40,755 nucleotides of DNA from Ignavibacteria bacterium. GTDB taxonomy: Bacteria > Bacteroidota > Ignavibacteria > Tepidaquicellales > OLB5. The notes beneath the pieces were generated by a model, which saw only the letters and a list, made by a program, of their open reading frames with translations, did no database searches and was not told the origin of the DNA. How positions within the stretch are numbered: position 1 is the stretch's first letter; every line of letters starts with the position of its first letter. The position numbers were made by a program, and so were the translations under genes. This document shows positions 17,351 to 27,401 of the stretch, piece after piece. The DNA lies in assembly GCA_013140565.1 (NCBI GenBank), contig JABFSP010000224.1:1-40755 (forward strand). The letters are read 5' to 3'.

Positions 17351-18310
17351 TTAATTATTAATTATTGGATTCAAATTACTGTGCAATAGAGTGGGCTTGC
17401 CATCAGAGTTCGAAATATCCAATATCTGTGAACTTGCCACTGATGACTGTTCGAGGTCCGTACCATCGAGGTCACTTACACTTATACCTAACCAATTAGC
17501 AGCCTGCCCGAAATAAACTTTTGCTAATCTGCGGTACTGGTCGGTTTTGTTATCATAGTTCACTGAATCAGCATTTATCAGAGCTGATGAACTCTGACCA
17601 TATCGTGATGCCATTGCAAGCAGATACTTTGCAGATGCTAAATTACATATGCAGTGGAAATCACTATCAGGGGCTGATATTACATTCTGAACATTGAAAC
17701 TGTGCCTTATTGTGTACAGCATCCTGAAAGTTGATGCCAAAGATGACTTAAACCTTAATTTATAAGCATTGGAATCATTCAGATATATTTCGTAATCTCT
17801 TTTATCGATATACACTGCAGGGACACTGTCAATAGGATGTTCAATACTTATTATTCCGCTGAAATCAATCTCCCAGTTCGATGGCAGGTCAAATGAATAA
17901 CCTGCAGCAAATGTTTCCGGCTTAAAGTTACGTTCTAATGGCCTGTACTTGCTGTAAATGTTGATAGCCTCATCAAGATGTTCAATAGCCTCATTCTTCT
18001 TAATCGATGCTCCGGTAAGTATTGCAGAATGGTCACCATTTAACTTTAACTGTTTTGATGGTGTACTTATAACTGCATTCACTGTAGTAAATGCTGAATT
18101 TGAGGTCCCGTCATAAATATATATTTCATCACCTGCGGTAAATCCTTTTATAGAATCAACTGCAAATGTTGTAATACCTGCGGCATGAGTACCTGCACCG
18201 GTTGTCAAAGCTGTTTTAACCAGCTCACCAGCAAGATCCTTGACCTTTAAGTCAATAGCGTTAAGAAATTGTATTTTAGTTTTTGAACCCAAGAGTTTTA
18301 TTAATTCCAA
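17351..18310 (-). CDS. putative head-tail adaptor
   Basis: First gene after the capsid; helical C-terminus (ICNLASAKYL...YRRLAKVY) with an inserted TFAVDSIKGFTAGDEI domain. Confidence 0.55.
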   Translation of the reverse strand: MELIKLLGSKTKIQFLNAIDLKVKDLAGELVKTALTTGAGTHAAGITTFAVDSIKGFTAGDEIYIYDGTSNSAFTTVNAVISTPSKQLKLNGDHSAILTGASIKKNEAIEHLDEAINIYSKYRPLERNFKPETFAAGYSFDLPSNWEIDFSGIISIEHPIDSVPAVYIDKRDYEIYLNDSNAYKLRFKSSLASTFRMLYTIRHSFNVQNVISAPDSDFHCICNLASAKYLLAMASRYGQSSSALINADSVNYDNKTDQYRRLAKVYFGQAANWLGISVSDLDGTDLEQSSVASSQILDISNSDGKPTLLHSNLNPIINN

Positions 18311-18339
18311 AAGCCCCGTTTTGTTTCAAACGGGGCTTT
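18309..18339 (-). terminator. terminator after the capsid gene
   Basis: AAAGCCCCGTTT...AAACGGGGCTTTT. Confidence 0.8.
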
Positions 18340-18356
18340 GATTAAGTTTTTATATT

Positions 18357-20621
18357 TTATGGATTAGAACCAACAAATCCACGGAAGTCTAAAATATTAC
18401 CGCCATAAATATGTCTTATCTTAAATGTTATCTTGTCATTTGAGAATAATGAACCAACATTAGGCATATCCTGAGTGAATATTTCAGGCTCCTGCTGATT
18501 ATCCAGGAAGCCAATTTCAATTGTTGGAGTATATGATGGATCTGCAACAAGTCTCCAATTGTTAGAATTTGACTGATGAACAACCACAATAGGCTCTACA
18601 CCAAATGTCTGATGGAAATCACTCTTTTCATTTGCTTTATTCCATGCCTGAGTTGTTAATTCATAAGCAGTTTTTTCGTTATCGGATCCATTTGCCACGA
18701 GCAGATATTTAGGAGGAATACCAAGCTTCTTGGCTGAATCCTTTTCAGTCTGATTTTTCATAACATTGCGTGCAGCAAGATATGAAGTTGAGTTCAATGC
18801 AGTGTTTAAAAGATTACCACCATGTGTTGCATGATATAATGCTACAGAATCATATATGGTCGGATTGCCAATGATCATATCCATTACAAATTCATACAGT
18901 GTAATCTTAGCGGCACGACCTAAACGGATTGGAATAGATGCAATTAAACCAACATCATCATTCTTTATAGACTCAAGGGTTACATCTTCTGTACCTCCCT
19001 TTTTGGTTACTGCGAATGTTGCTTTTTCATCGGTTGGTGTGGTGAGCGCTGTATATGAACCTGCCTGATTTACAGTTGGCAAATTACCATAACCGCCCCA
19101 TCTTACTCTCTCGTTATTTCTGAAATCAGTTGTACCTCCGATTGTTGAACACAATTTTTTCCAATCTTCAAATGGAAGCATTTTATACTCAGCAACAGCG
19201 AGTCTGTGTAATGTGCTGGCCAGTGCATTTGTAAAGCCAGTAGTAACTACGCTTTCAGATAAAATACCATTATCGCCGTTTGTCCTTCCGGTTACATAAG
19301 TATCACCTGTAAAAGTCCTGTACCATTCCTTTATGGAAAACATCCTTTTATCAACATCTTTGAATTCCTGCATTTCGGCTTCTGTTAACCTTGCTTTCAT
19401 ATTATGGCTCATAAGCATATAGGTTAACTGTGCAATAGATCTATCCACTGCATCTCTTCCCACTCTCATATCAAGACCCCTGTTGTTAATTGGATTAGGA
19501 TTTATTTCAGCAAGTATTCTCTGCTGCCCTGCAATAGCAGTATCAAGATCGGCTTCGGCAAATTTCTTTTTATCGAATTGAGTCAATAAATAATTTTTTG
19601 CAGGCTGGGGAAGATTGCATTCAGCAAGTTTGTTTCTTAAAATGGTTCCGCATGCTAATATCTCAGCTCTTTCAAGAATAGCATTGGTACCGTTCTGACC
19701 TTCAGTTAATGGTGTTGCCGGTGCAGGTGCCGGAGTTCCTACAGGCTTAACTTCTTTCTTGAGAAGTTCAGCAAGGATAGGATTCTTAGTTGGTTTATCC
19801 TTATCCAGCATTGGCTGTATTTCCGTTAATGATTTCTTTGTGGACTCTGTTAATGTTGGTGAATTCATTAATGTTATTGCATACTCCCAGAAGCTTTGCA
19901 GCAGATCATCATCATTGATTGATTCGGCTGTGGCACCTTCAGAAATAAGCATTGCACTTGATAAAAGTGCAAAGATCTTGAGTTTCAATTCGGGATTCAC
20001 GTTGTTATCTCCGTTTAAGTTTATAGTTAAGTTAGAATTTAAAGACTCTACAAGTTTGATTATTTTACCGCCTGCATTTCCTGCAGCAACAGGATCAACA
20101 CTCTGTGCGCTGGTTATTTTAGTTACAGTAGCCACACACTTATCAGCTATGTTCTCAATTATCCAGTCACCCCATGCAACAATGCTTAAACCTAATTCTT
20201 TGCCTGCGCTGGATATTTCAGCAAGAGATTGTTTGAATGATTCAGCAAGTCCCTCACCATTCTTTACATTAAATATTCCTGTTATACATTTTTTTACACT
20301 ATCCCAGGTTACATTACTGTACCATCCGACCTGTGAATTCACACCTGTATTTTCTGCGGATAAGTGGTCACCCTCTGACCTCAAGAGCGCAGGAACACCC
20401 TCAAATATTTTATTATTCACAGCTTCGATGCATGCTTTTTCAGTGTAGTTTTTAAACACAGGAATCTTAGCGCCATTTACCTCAGCAAATGTATTTGCAG
20501 TAGCTGTAATACCTGCATAAAGGATATCGCATTTGTATTTACTTCCCGGAACTAATGCTTCGGTTAGCTTTACAGATGGGCTGAAGACATCATTAATTTT
20601 TTTGCTTTTTCTGAATTTCAT
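18357..20621 (-). CDS. fused prohead protease/scaffold + Mu gpT-like major capsid protein
   Basis: N-terminal H...GLSI...SVDPV protease-like motifs; C-terminal ESIKNDD, LYHATHGGN, P.YLLV and IEIGFL..QQEP capsid motifs. Confidence 0.85.
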   Translation of the reverse strand: MKFRKSKKINDVFSPSVKLTEALVPGSKYKCDILYAGITATANTFAEVNGAKIPVFKNYTEKACIEAVNNKIFEGVPALLRSEGDHLSAENTGVNSQVGWYSNVTWDSVKKCITGIFNVKNGEGLAESFKQSLAEISSAGKELGLSIVAWGDWIIENIADKCVATVTKITSAQSVDPVAAGNAGGKIIKLVESLNSNLTINLNGDNNVNPELKLKIFALLSSAMLISEGATAESINDDDLLQSFWEYAITLMNSPTLTESTKKSLTEIQPMLDKDKPTKNPILAELLKKEVKPVGTPAPAPATPLTEGQNGTNAILERAEILACGTILRNKLAECNLPQPAKNYLLTQFDKKKFAEADLDTAIAGQQRILAEINPNPINNRGLDMRVGRDAVDRSIAQLTYMLMSHNMKARLTEAEMQEFKDVDKRMFSIKEWYRTFTGDTYVTGRTNGDNGILSESVVTTGFTNALASTLHRLAVAEYKMLPFEDWKKLCSTIGGTTDFRNNERVRWGGYGNLPTVNQAGSYTALTTPTDEKATFAVTKKGGTEDVTLESIKNDDVGLIASIPIRLGRAAKITLYEFVMDMIIGNPTIYDSVALYHATHGGNLLNTALNSTSYLAARNVMKNQTEKDSAKKLGIPPKYLLVANGSDNEKTAYELTTQAWNKANEKSDFHQTFGVEPIVVVHQSNSNNWRLVADPSYTPTIEIGFLDNQQEPEIFTQDMPNVGSLFSNDKITFKIRHIYGGNILDFRGFVGSNP

Positions 20622-20630
20622 GATTTGAGG

Positions 20631-20677
20631 TAAATAAAAAAGGGCTGCAATCCCTATTGGAATTACAGCCCTCAGTA
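20631..20677 (-). promoter_or_regulatory. conserved terminator-like leader hairpin, copy A
   Basis: TACTG-AGGGCTGTAATTCC-AATA-GGGATTGCAGCCCT-TTTTTATTTA; stem ends 19 nt before the capsid ATG. Confidence 0.8.
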
Positions 20678-20764
20678 CTGTTCCGGCTATACCGGAAGAT
20701 CCTTATCGACGTGTTACATGGCGATTTAATTAGTTAATGTGGAGAACATTGAATCAATGAAACT

Positions 20765-20793
20765 AATTTAAAACCGAATTTTCCAAAAGTCAA
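20765..20793 (-). promoter_or_regulatory. sigma70-like promoter upstream of the capsid operon
   Basis: TTGACT-N17-TAAATT. Confidence 0.6.
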
Positions 20794-20912
20794 GTGTTAA
20801 TTAACTTTTTTTATTTATTTTTTTCATTTCAGCAAGATGAAAACCAAGCTTATTATTAGCTTTTCTCATTCCATCATTGCCCGCTGCAGGTGGTGTATAA
20901 GTCTTTTTAATC

Positions 20913-22376
20913 TCATGCAGCTTCTGATTTTGTTGTTTTATCTTCTTTTTTTCCATTGCCCTCTGGGTTATTGTTATTTGGTTCAGGTGGATTCTCTAGA
21001 ACTTCTTTTTCAATCTGAGATACTTCTGTATCAACATCAATATCATGCCCAAGCATATCACAAATAGAAATAAATATTTTCTGTGCGGTTTGCTGTGATA
21101 ATAACTTAGCTGTTACAGCTTTTGTTAATACTGCCTGAACCTTATCTAATCCCTCACCGATTTTGCTAAAGTCCCTGCGTTCAAGTTCCGGACGTTTTAT
21201 ATCGTAATTGATATGCTCCAACTCTTCAGGCGTTATATTAATACCTGCGCGTTTGTAAATGATGGCCTGATGAACGCAGAACTTAAACATTGTCTCAAGC
21301 ATGAAAACAACCTGCTGTTGTATTTTCCTGAATTTTCGCATTGTGGGTTCATCCTGTTCTTTGGCTGTAGCAAGGTTAGTATTGCCGCCATCACCCATCC
21401 AGTATTCAGGAATCCTTTGTGAACCCAAAGCAAGATTTTTGAGAAGCCTGATAATATCTGTAATATCCAGTGTTTTTAAATCCGGATTGAAAATATCAAC
21501 CTCAGTTTCCTTATCAGTTACCAGTCGTTGAATATCTGTTGTAAATGGATTATTTTTCTTGAAATCTTTAACCGCATTTTCACCACCTTTAACTTTCACA
21601 TGCTGAACATATGACAGGTGAACATCAATAACTTTGATAACTTTAAATAACACTTTTTTCATAACATCGATAGTATCAAGGAGTGCAATAAGGTCCGAAA
21701 CGCCCTCCGGCTGGTTAGATACATTGTTTATAGCAAAATAGAATGTTTCACCTACAAGCATACCATATGTGATATTACCCGGCACATCATCTTCACGGAC
21801 TACATTCAGTATTTTAGGTGAGTTACCATTCAAACCTTTTAACTTCACCTGCTTAATATCTTCAACATTCAGCTCGTTGGTGATTATCTTATCAAGGTTT
21901 TTAGGATCTATAAATCCCATTTTTACGGAGCCGTCTACAGTATTAATGAAAACAGGAAGTATAAGCATTCCGTTAATTCGCTGGTCAAGTACCTTTTTCT
22001 CAAACCGTAAGTTCATATTATTCTTTTTCCAGAAGTCATCGATTATCATTTTCACCTGTTTTGTAATCTCTTCACCACGTACAGCAGTAATCCCGGACTC
22101 CTTATCAACTGAGAATGAATAAGAAAATCCATCACCACAAACATAATCGATTATTACATCGATAATGAACTTTGCAATAGGATCTGTTGTATAAGCTGTG
22201 AAAGCAAGTTCAAGCTGCCTATCCCTGCTGATTGGGTTTAATCCTTTAACATTATTAGCTCCATACTTCCGGTATAACTCCTCATCGTTATCAATAGCAG
22301 CCTCAGTTAATATTTTGAGTTCATCTTCTTTCAAACCCAAAAACACTTTACCTATGAATTTTTGTATTTTGTTCAT
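20913..22376 (-). CDS. portal protein
   Basis: 487 aa after the terminase; DPIAKFII...G.G, GVSDL and RIPEYWMG..GNTNLATA motifs. Confidence 0.85.
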   Translation of the reverse strand: MNKIQKFIGKVFLGLKEDELKILTEAAIDNDEELYRKYGANNVKGLNPISRDRQLELAFTAYTTDPIAKFIIDVIIDYVCGDGFSYSFSVDKESGITAVRGEEITKQVKMIIDDFWKKNNMNLRFEKKVLDQRINGMLILPVFINTVDGSVKMGFIDPKNLDKIITNELNVEDIKQVKLKGLNGNSPKILNVVREDDVPGNITYGMLVGETFYFAINNVSNQPEGVSDLIALLDTIDVMKKVLFKVIKVIDVHLSYVQHVKVKGGENAVKDFKKNNPFTTDIQRLVTDKETEVDIFNPDLKTLDITDIIRLLKNLALGSQRIPEYWMGDGGNTNLATAKEQDEPTMRKFRKIQQQVVFMLETMFKFCVHQAIIYKRAGINITPEELEHINYDIKRPELERRDFSKIGEGLDKVQAVLTKAVTAKLLSQQTAQKIFISICDMLGHDIDVDTEVSQIEKEVLENPPEPNNNNPEGNGKKEDKTTKSEAA

Positions 22377-22388
22377 TTTGGTTATTGT

Positions 22389-22607
22389 TTATTTCTTTAA
22401 AAATTCCCTGCGCTGTTTTTCAGTCTTGGGTTTAAATATCTGAAGTACTGCAAGCTTCAATGCTTTTTCAAGTGCCACCCTGTTATGCTGCGGCATGTTC
22501 GACCTGTCAATCCATTTAGGAAGTTTTTCAAGACGGTTAACAAATCTTCTTATACGTAATCTGTTTACGTATGTTTCAAAGAATGAGAATAACGATTCTA
22601 ATTTCAT
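22389..22607 (-). CDS. small basic hypothetical protein
   Basis: Coupled to the terminase stop codon. Confidence 0.55.
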   Translation of the reverse strand: MKLESLFSFFETYVNRLRIRRFVNRLEKLPKWIDRSNMPQHNRVALEKALKLAVLQIFKPKTEKQRREFLKK

Positions 22608-24256
22608 TATGTTGTTAGTTTAAATTGATTGGATATTAAATTTTGTTGTATTGTATCTGTTTCAGTTTCACCATAACCAGGTGGTGTACTATGCTTTTTC
22701 CAATTCCACATGACATATGCGTCACCGTGGTTTGTTGACCTGCCTAATGTTTTTTTTATTTCTATTTTTGATTGAACTTTTATTTTCTTGTCAGATTTTA
22801 TTTCATATTTCGGTGCTAATAAATCAGCTTTTAATTCATCGATATCAGGGATAGCAGGTTTACCCAGCCTAAAATCCTCTCTGGCTTTCCACCACATTTG
22901 AGACCTTAGATTCAGATATATTTCCTCATCATTGGGAATAGAGATAGGTGTTGAACCTGCTATAATATTTATTTCACTTTCATTGTGTCCCAGCTTTTTC
23001 ATTTCATTAACAGTACCAGCGCCAACACCAATACCGTCAATACCGATATCATGGTCATTGACATTCTTATCTTTAGCTCTGATATGAACTACATCACCAA
23101 GCTGATTACTATCAGGACATGCAAAGCTTTCAAGGCTCAAGCATACATATCCTTTGCCCTCACAGATTGCCGCTTCATCACCAGCCTCACTATTTGCAAC
23201 ATCCACACCAAGCCCGTTAACATTATCAGCACCCATCAATATGTTGTATGCTGTTACTTTATCTATATCAAGATTGCCGTTTTCATCGCACAATTCATTA
23301 TAACGCTTTATTGCATCATCAACCCATTCAGCCTTAATTAGCGCATCTACTGCACTATCAGGGGTTATACCGCGCGCACGTGATAAGTACATAGGATGAT
23401 TCTCTCCATATTTATCTTTAAGTCTTTGCAAACCCTGCCTTGTCTGAGCACCCGGAATAACTTCTTTATCAAGAACTATGTTCGGATGGTCATAAGATGA
23501 AATTCTTATTTGTTTTAAGTTCTGTATTTTGTTGAACTCCTTAAAATTATCAAGCCTGCTGTTGGGATTACCCAGTGCAAGTATCAGATTATGACCGCCA
23601 GTTGATGTATTAATTAAAGCATTAAGTGTTGGAATAGGTACACCCGGAGTTTCCTCAATGATAATAAGCATATGCTCAGCATGAAAACCCTGTGCCTTTG
23701 TAGTAGAATCCTCGCTAGCCTTGGTACCCGCTACAAACGCCTCAGCTTTCCACTTTGTATCCATTTCAGTACCCATTCTTAACTCACCGGTCAAAAGCTT
23801 ACCTTTACCGAAATTAGAATACAATCTGCTGATTTCTGACCATATCTGTGAATGTAGCTGGTCACGTTTTGGAGCTGTAGTTATTACATATGCACCGGTG
23901 GTTTCGGGATCGGTATTCTTATTTTCCTGCCAGCAATCCAAAAACCACAAAACTACTATTGCCGCAGTAAAAGTCTTTTGAACACCTACAGATGAACGTA
24001 TTACAACCCAGTATCCAGCTGCAAGTGATTCCAATGTTTGCATAACAGGATTAAATGAACCATCCCACTTATGTCCTTTGTATTCAGGAAATAAAGTCCA
24101 ATCAAGTGATTCAGGCCTGACTCCTAATCTTTCAACTGCATATCGATAAGGGTTTTGTTTATAAAATTCCAACTGAGATGCATAATTTTTCATACGCTCA
24201 CTATGCCGTCTGTTTAACTCTAACTGTGCCTCAGCCCTAATTTGTAATGTTGACAT
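22607..24256 (-). CDS. terL: terminase large subunit
   Basis: Walker A-like SVGVQKT, TTAP...Q, QGFH, LIIIEE, LGNP; nuclease GVDVA, IDGIGVG, HGDA. Confidence 0.92.
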   Translation of the reverse strand: MSTLQIRAEAQLELNRRHSERMKNYASQLEFYKQNPYRYAVERLGVRPESLDWTLFPEYKGHKWDGSFNPVMQTLESLAAGYWVVIRSSVGVQKTFTAAIVVLWFLDCWQENKNTDPETTGAYVITTAPKRDQLHSQIWSEISRLYSNFGKGKLLTGELRMGTEMDTKWKAEAFVAGTKASEDSTTKAQGFHAEHMLIIIEETPGVPIPTLNALINTSTGGHNLILALGNPNSRLDNFKEFNKIQNLKQIRISSYDHPNIVLDKEVIPGAQTRQGLQRLKDKYGENHPMYLSRARGITPDSAVDALIKAEWVDDAIKRYNELCDENGNLDIDKVTAYNILMGADNVNGLGVDVANSEAGDEAAICEGKGYVCLSLESFACPDSNQLGDVVHIRAKDKNVNDHDIGIDGIGVGAGTVNEMKKLGHNESEINIIAGSTPISIPNDEEIYLNLRSQMWWKAREDFRLGKPAIPDIDELKADLLAPKYEIKSDKKIKVQSKIEIKKTLGRSTNHGDAYVMWNWKKHSTPPGYGETETDTIQQNLISNQFKLTT

Positions 24257-24749
24257 TTCTTTCAGCTAATATTTTTTGTGGCTCTTCACCCTGAGCTATC
24301 CTGTGTAATTCTGCATCTGTGAATGATGAAAGATCATAGTTTTGTTTATCTGATTTCTCAATTACAATTTTATCCAAACCAAACAACTTAAATATTAATG
24401 ATGAAATCTTTGTTCTTGCATCAATTTCTTTTAATACCTTTTCCTGTTTTTCAGCATCTGTACCAACTGCATTGAATGCCATTGCAGCTTTATTATCTAA
24501 CCTTTGAAGTTTTAAATATTCCCTGATTTTTATCTTGTTGGCTTCTTTCCTCTGTTCAGCCATCCACTCCTCAAGCTCATCTTCGACATCCCTCTGAACC
24601 TGGCTTTTACTGTAATTCAGTTTTTGAGCTATATCCCTGTATGTAAATCCCTCCTGATATAAAGTCCATGCCTGATGCATTCTTTCAATCTGTTTTACTG
24701 ACCTTTTTTTTGTTCTTGTCTTAACAACTGACTTTTCCTTTTGTCCCAC
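24237..24749 (-). CDS. terS: terminase small subunit
   Basis: N-terminal HTH (G.TYRDIAQKLNYSKSQV), C-terminal DLSSFTDAEL; overlaps terL. Confidence 0.75.
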   Translation of the reverse strand: MGQKEKSVVKTRTKKRSVKQIERMHQAWTLYQEGFTYRDIAQKLNYSKSQVQRDVEDELEEWMAEQRKEANKIKIREYLKLQRLDNKAAMAFNAVGTDAEKQEKVLKEIDARTKISSLIFKLFGLDKIVIEKSDKQNYDLSSFTDAELHRIAQGEEPQKILAERNVNITN

Positions 24750-24760
24750 GATGTCCCATG

Positions 24761-26083
24761 TTAAGATTTGAGGAAAGCATTGTTATTTAATAGCTTTCCA
24801 TTTTTGGTAACTTTGCATATTATCTTGTTATCATTACAGAATTTTATATATCTTTTAATAATGACATCTGCATACTTTGGGTCAAGTTCAATCAGGTAAC
24901 AAAACCTTTGCATTTGTTCACACCCGATTAAGGTTGATCCACTCCCACCAAAAGCATCTACCACTATGTCACCACGCTGCGAACTCTTCCTTAAAGCCCT
25001 CTCCGAAAGCCTCACTGGCTTTTGTGTTGGATGAACATAGTCATTCGTGTTATCACGATTAATAAACCATAAGTCCAAAACCTCAATAAAGCTATCGAAA
25101 TCAAGAGAATGTACATCTTTCAGATTTGCAAGTTTCTTATTTGTAAAATGTTTTTTCCCTTGCTTCCATCCAACAATGCACGGTTCAAAGCATCTGTGAT
25201 AATCCTGTCCATAAGAAAATACAAACCTTTCTTTAACCCAAATAACAGTCTGGCTTTTATGCCAAAGAGCAGATTCAAATGCCTGTAGGTTAATAACTAC
25301 ATTTCTATCAGCAAACCACCAATACAGAACACAATCATCAGTTGTGAATTTATAAAGGTTTTCCAGAGTTTTAGTATAAAGTTCTAAAGCCTCTTCCGGT
25401 TTTTTATTATCATTGAATATTTTACCGTCATTTCCATACTTACCTTTTGAATATGAATTACCGGACGGCGATTTATAATCAACGTTATAGGGAGGATCCG
25501 TATGAATTAATCTGGCTTTTTTGTTTTTAAACAATATTTTAAAATATTTCTCATCCTTTGAATCACCGCAAATAAGCCTGTGACCGTTCAGCTGATAAAT
25601 ATCACCAAGTTTGGTTTGAGGCTTTTTGATTTTTGCATATTCAGCCTCAGCATCAAAACCATCTTCCTTAACTGCCTCCGAATCAAAGAAGTGAAGTTCT
25701 TCTTTACCAAATCCCCAGCTTTTCAGGTCACCAAAGGAAAAAGAGGAAGCTAACTTTTCAAAATCCCATTCACCTGTATTCTTATTTGACCGGATGAGAT
25801 ATTCTTCAAATTCCTTTTTATTCAGTTTCCTGTTCGGGACCCGGGCTTCAATCATCTCATCACCACGGCCAAGATCAATTAAAGCCTTAACTCGCATATG
25901 ACCTGCAACAAGAGTATTATCTGTGTTTACTGCAACAATCTCAACATAATTGAATTTAATGATTGATTGTTTTAACTCTTCGAATTGAGACTCTGATATC
26001 TTTCTTGGATTATTTTCATATCCTTTAAGCTCAGATACTTTCCTCTTTTCGGTACTCCAAACTATTTTTTTATCTTTTTTCAT
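24761..26083 (-). CDS. ParB-like domain + N6A/N4C DNA methyltransferase
   Basis: YENNPR, AGHMR, TDPPY, HPTQKP, DAFGGSGST. Confidence 0.92.
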   Translation of the reverse strand: MKKDKKIVWSTEKRKVSELKGYENNPRKISESQFEELKQSIIKFNYVEIVAVNTDNTLVAGHMRVKALIDLGRGDEMIEARVPNRKLNKKEFEEYLIRSNKNTGEWDFEKLASSFSFGDLKSWGFGKEELHFFDSEAVKEDGFDAEAEYAKIKKPQTKLGDIYQLNGHRLICGDSKDEKYFKILFKNKKARLIHTDPPYNVDYKSPSGNSYSKGKYGNDGKIFNDNKKPEEALELYTKTLENLYKFTTDDCVLYWWFADRNVVINLQAFESALWHKSQTVIWVKERFVFSYGQDYHRCFEPCIVGWKQGKKHFTNKKLANLKDVHSLDFDSFIEVLDLWFINRDNTNDYVHPTQKPVRLSERALRKSSQRGDIVVDAFGGSGSTLIGCEQMQRFCYLIELDPKYADVIIKRYIKFCNDNKIICKVTKNGKLLNNNAFLKS

Positions 26084-26090
26084 ATTCTAA

Positions 26091-26140
26091 TAAATAAAAA
26101 TAGGGCTGCAACTCACCAATTTGAGCTACAGCCCTCAGTA
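26091..26140 (-). promoter_or_regulatory. conserved terminator-like leader hairpin, copy B
   Basis: TACTG-AGGGCTGTAGCTCA-AATTGG-TGAGTTGCAGCCCT-ATTTTTATTTA; stem ends 18 nt before the ATG. Confidence 0.8.
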
Positions 26141-26196
26141 TTAACAATTTTATGTTTTCCTTACCGGCTTGAAATAATTGTACGGTGAAACACTTT

Positions 26197-26382
26197 TTAA
26201 ACCTGCAGGTGAATTTTATTCTTCTTTGATGCTATGATTTCCTTTGAATCCACCTGTTTACCACCCACCCTAAGCTTTAAGAAAAGCTTATTGGTATATT
26301 CTGAATGAAATATCACCTTGACCTTATCGCCATCAACAACAAACTTTGCGCTTTTTGGTACTTCAATGATAATCTCTTTCAT
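26197..26382 (-). CDS. small hypothetical protein
   Basis: 61 aa ORF with protein-like composition. Confidence 0.5.
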   Translation of the reverse strand: MKEIIIEVPKSAKFVVDGDKVKVIFHSEYTNKLFLKLRVGGKQVDSKEIIASKKNKIHLQV

Positions 26383-26383
26383 A

Positions 26384-26414
26384 CAAAAATAACCTTATAA
26401 TTAATTTTTAACAA
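26384..26414 (-). promoter_or_regulatory. candidate late promoter
   Basis: TTGTTA-N17-TATTTTTG. Confidence 0.45.
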
Positions 26415-26484
26415 ACTTCAAGGGATTTATATCCCAAAACAGGTGATTTCCTTATAATTTCATTCCAATTAGATTTAATGAAAA

Positions 26485-26904
26485 ATGGGAATTTTAAACA
26501 AGAAGTATTTAGGCTCAGCTTCAATGATGTTGCAAGAACTCTTTGATGGTGTATCATCCGATGAAAAACAACAGATGAAATCAATCTTTGATAATTTAAG
26601 CCAGGAGTTATACCACCAGTACCTGTTGGAAGTTCAACAGGATATATTAACATATATTTCATCAACTCCCGAAGAGCGCAATACAAACTGGATTGATTTA
26701 TCTTACAAATTAAAACTGCATTATTTTTCATTTATTTATCTTCAGCATGGTTATTTACTGATGCGGCGCCTTGCTGCTATGCCTAATAAAAATGGAATCA
26801 GACGTGTACCGGCATTTTTTTCTGTTATGTCTGTTGATATAAAGAACAAAATATTTAAAGATTCCATTTTTAATGATGAGTTAAGTTATGAAGATTTTGC
26901 TTAG
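26485..26904 (+). CDS. hypothetical protein, counter-oriented
   Basis: 139 aa ORF convergent with 26901..27347. Confidence 0.6.
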   Translation: MGILNKKYLGSASMMLQELFDGVSSDEKQQMKSIFDNLSQELYHQYLLEVQQDILTYISSTPEERNTNWIDLSYKLKLHYFSFIYLQHGYLLMRRLAAMPNKNGIRRVPAFFSVMSVDIKNKIFKDSIFNDELSYEDFA

Positions 26905-27347
26905 TTCTTTACTTCAACTGGATATTCAATATTGAATTTACCCTCTTTAATCGTGCCAATCTGATAATATATATTATTATCTACATCTCTGTATGATATT
27001 TGAAACTGCACAAAAATATCATTCGGATGACCGGTAGAATTATCACTTTGTAAAAAGAAATGCGTTATAGAGCTTTGTGACTTAACCAAATCCCCACTCT
27101 TAATCCCATGATTTACTACAGGCAAACCTACCGGAGTTAACAGTTCAAAATGCTCAAAGAATAAATCAGAGCCAACATTTAACATATGAAACGATATGCC
27201 ATCATGAGCTCTTTTCCAATTTTGCTGATGTAGTCTGGGAAGTATGTTTTTCTTTCTTAAAGTCAAATCATCGTTCCTGTTTTTTGAGTATTGATATATA
27301 TTAAAAAATAAACTTATTGCAGCTATTATGTATCCGAGATATTCCAT
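26901..27347 (-). CDS. single-TM hypothetical protein
   Basis: GGAG SD before MEYLGYIIAAISLFFNIY. Confidence 0.65.
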   Translation of the reverse strand: MEYLGYIIAAISLFFNIYQYSKNRNDDLTLRKKNILPRLHQQNWKRAHDGISFHMLNVGSDLFFEHFELLTPVGLPVVNHGIKSGDLVKSQSSITHFFLQSDNSTGHPNDIFVQFQISYRDVDNNIYYQIGTIKEGKFNIEYPVEVKN

Positions 27348-27401
27348 TTTGTACATCTCCTTTCTATTACAAATATACCCTGCAAACATTGGTTAATTCA
27401 A

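Noticed and set aside
19759-20448. 229 aa plus-strand ORF and similar antisense ORFs in tape measure, portal, terminase and methyltransferase genes
   Set aside because: Shadow frames of well-supported minus-strand genes
24743-24759. Tandem TGGGACA at the terS start as a pac/cos site
   Set aside because: Only two 7-mers, with no further support from sequence alone
26113-26136. Minus-strand GGGCTGTAGCTCAAATTGGTGAG resembles the 5' half of a tRNA
   Set aside because: No anticodon arm or T-arm follows, the segment is fully used in the hairpin, and the sister copy lacks the resemblance
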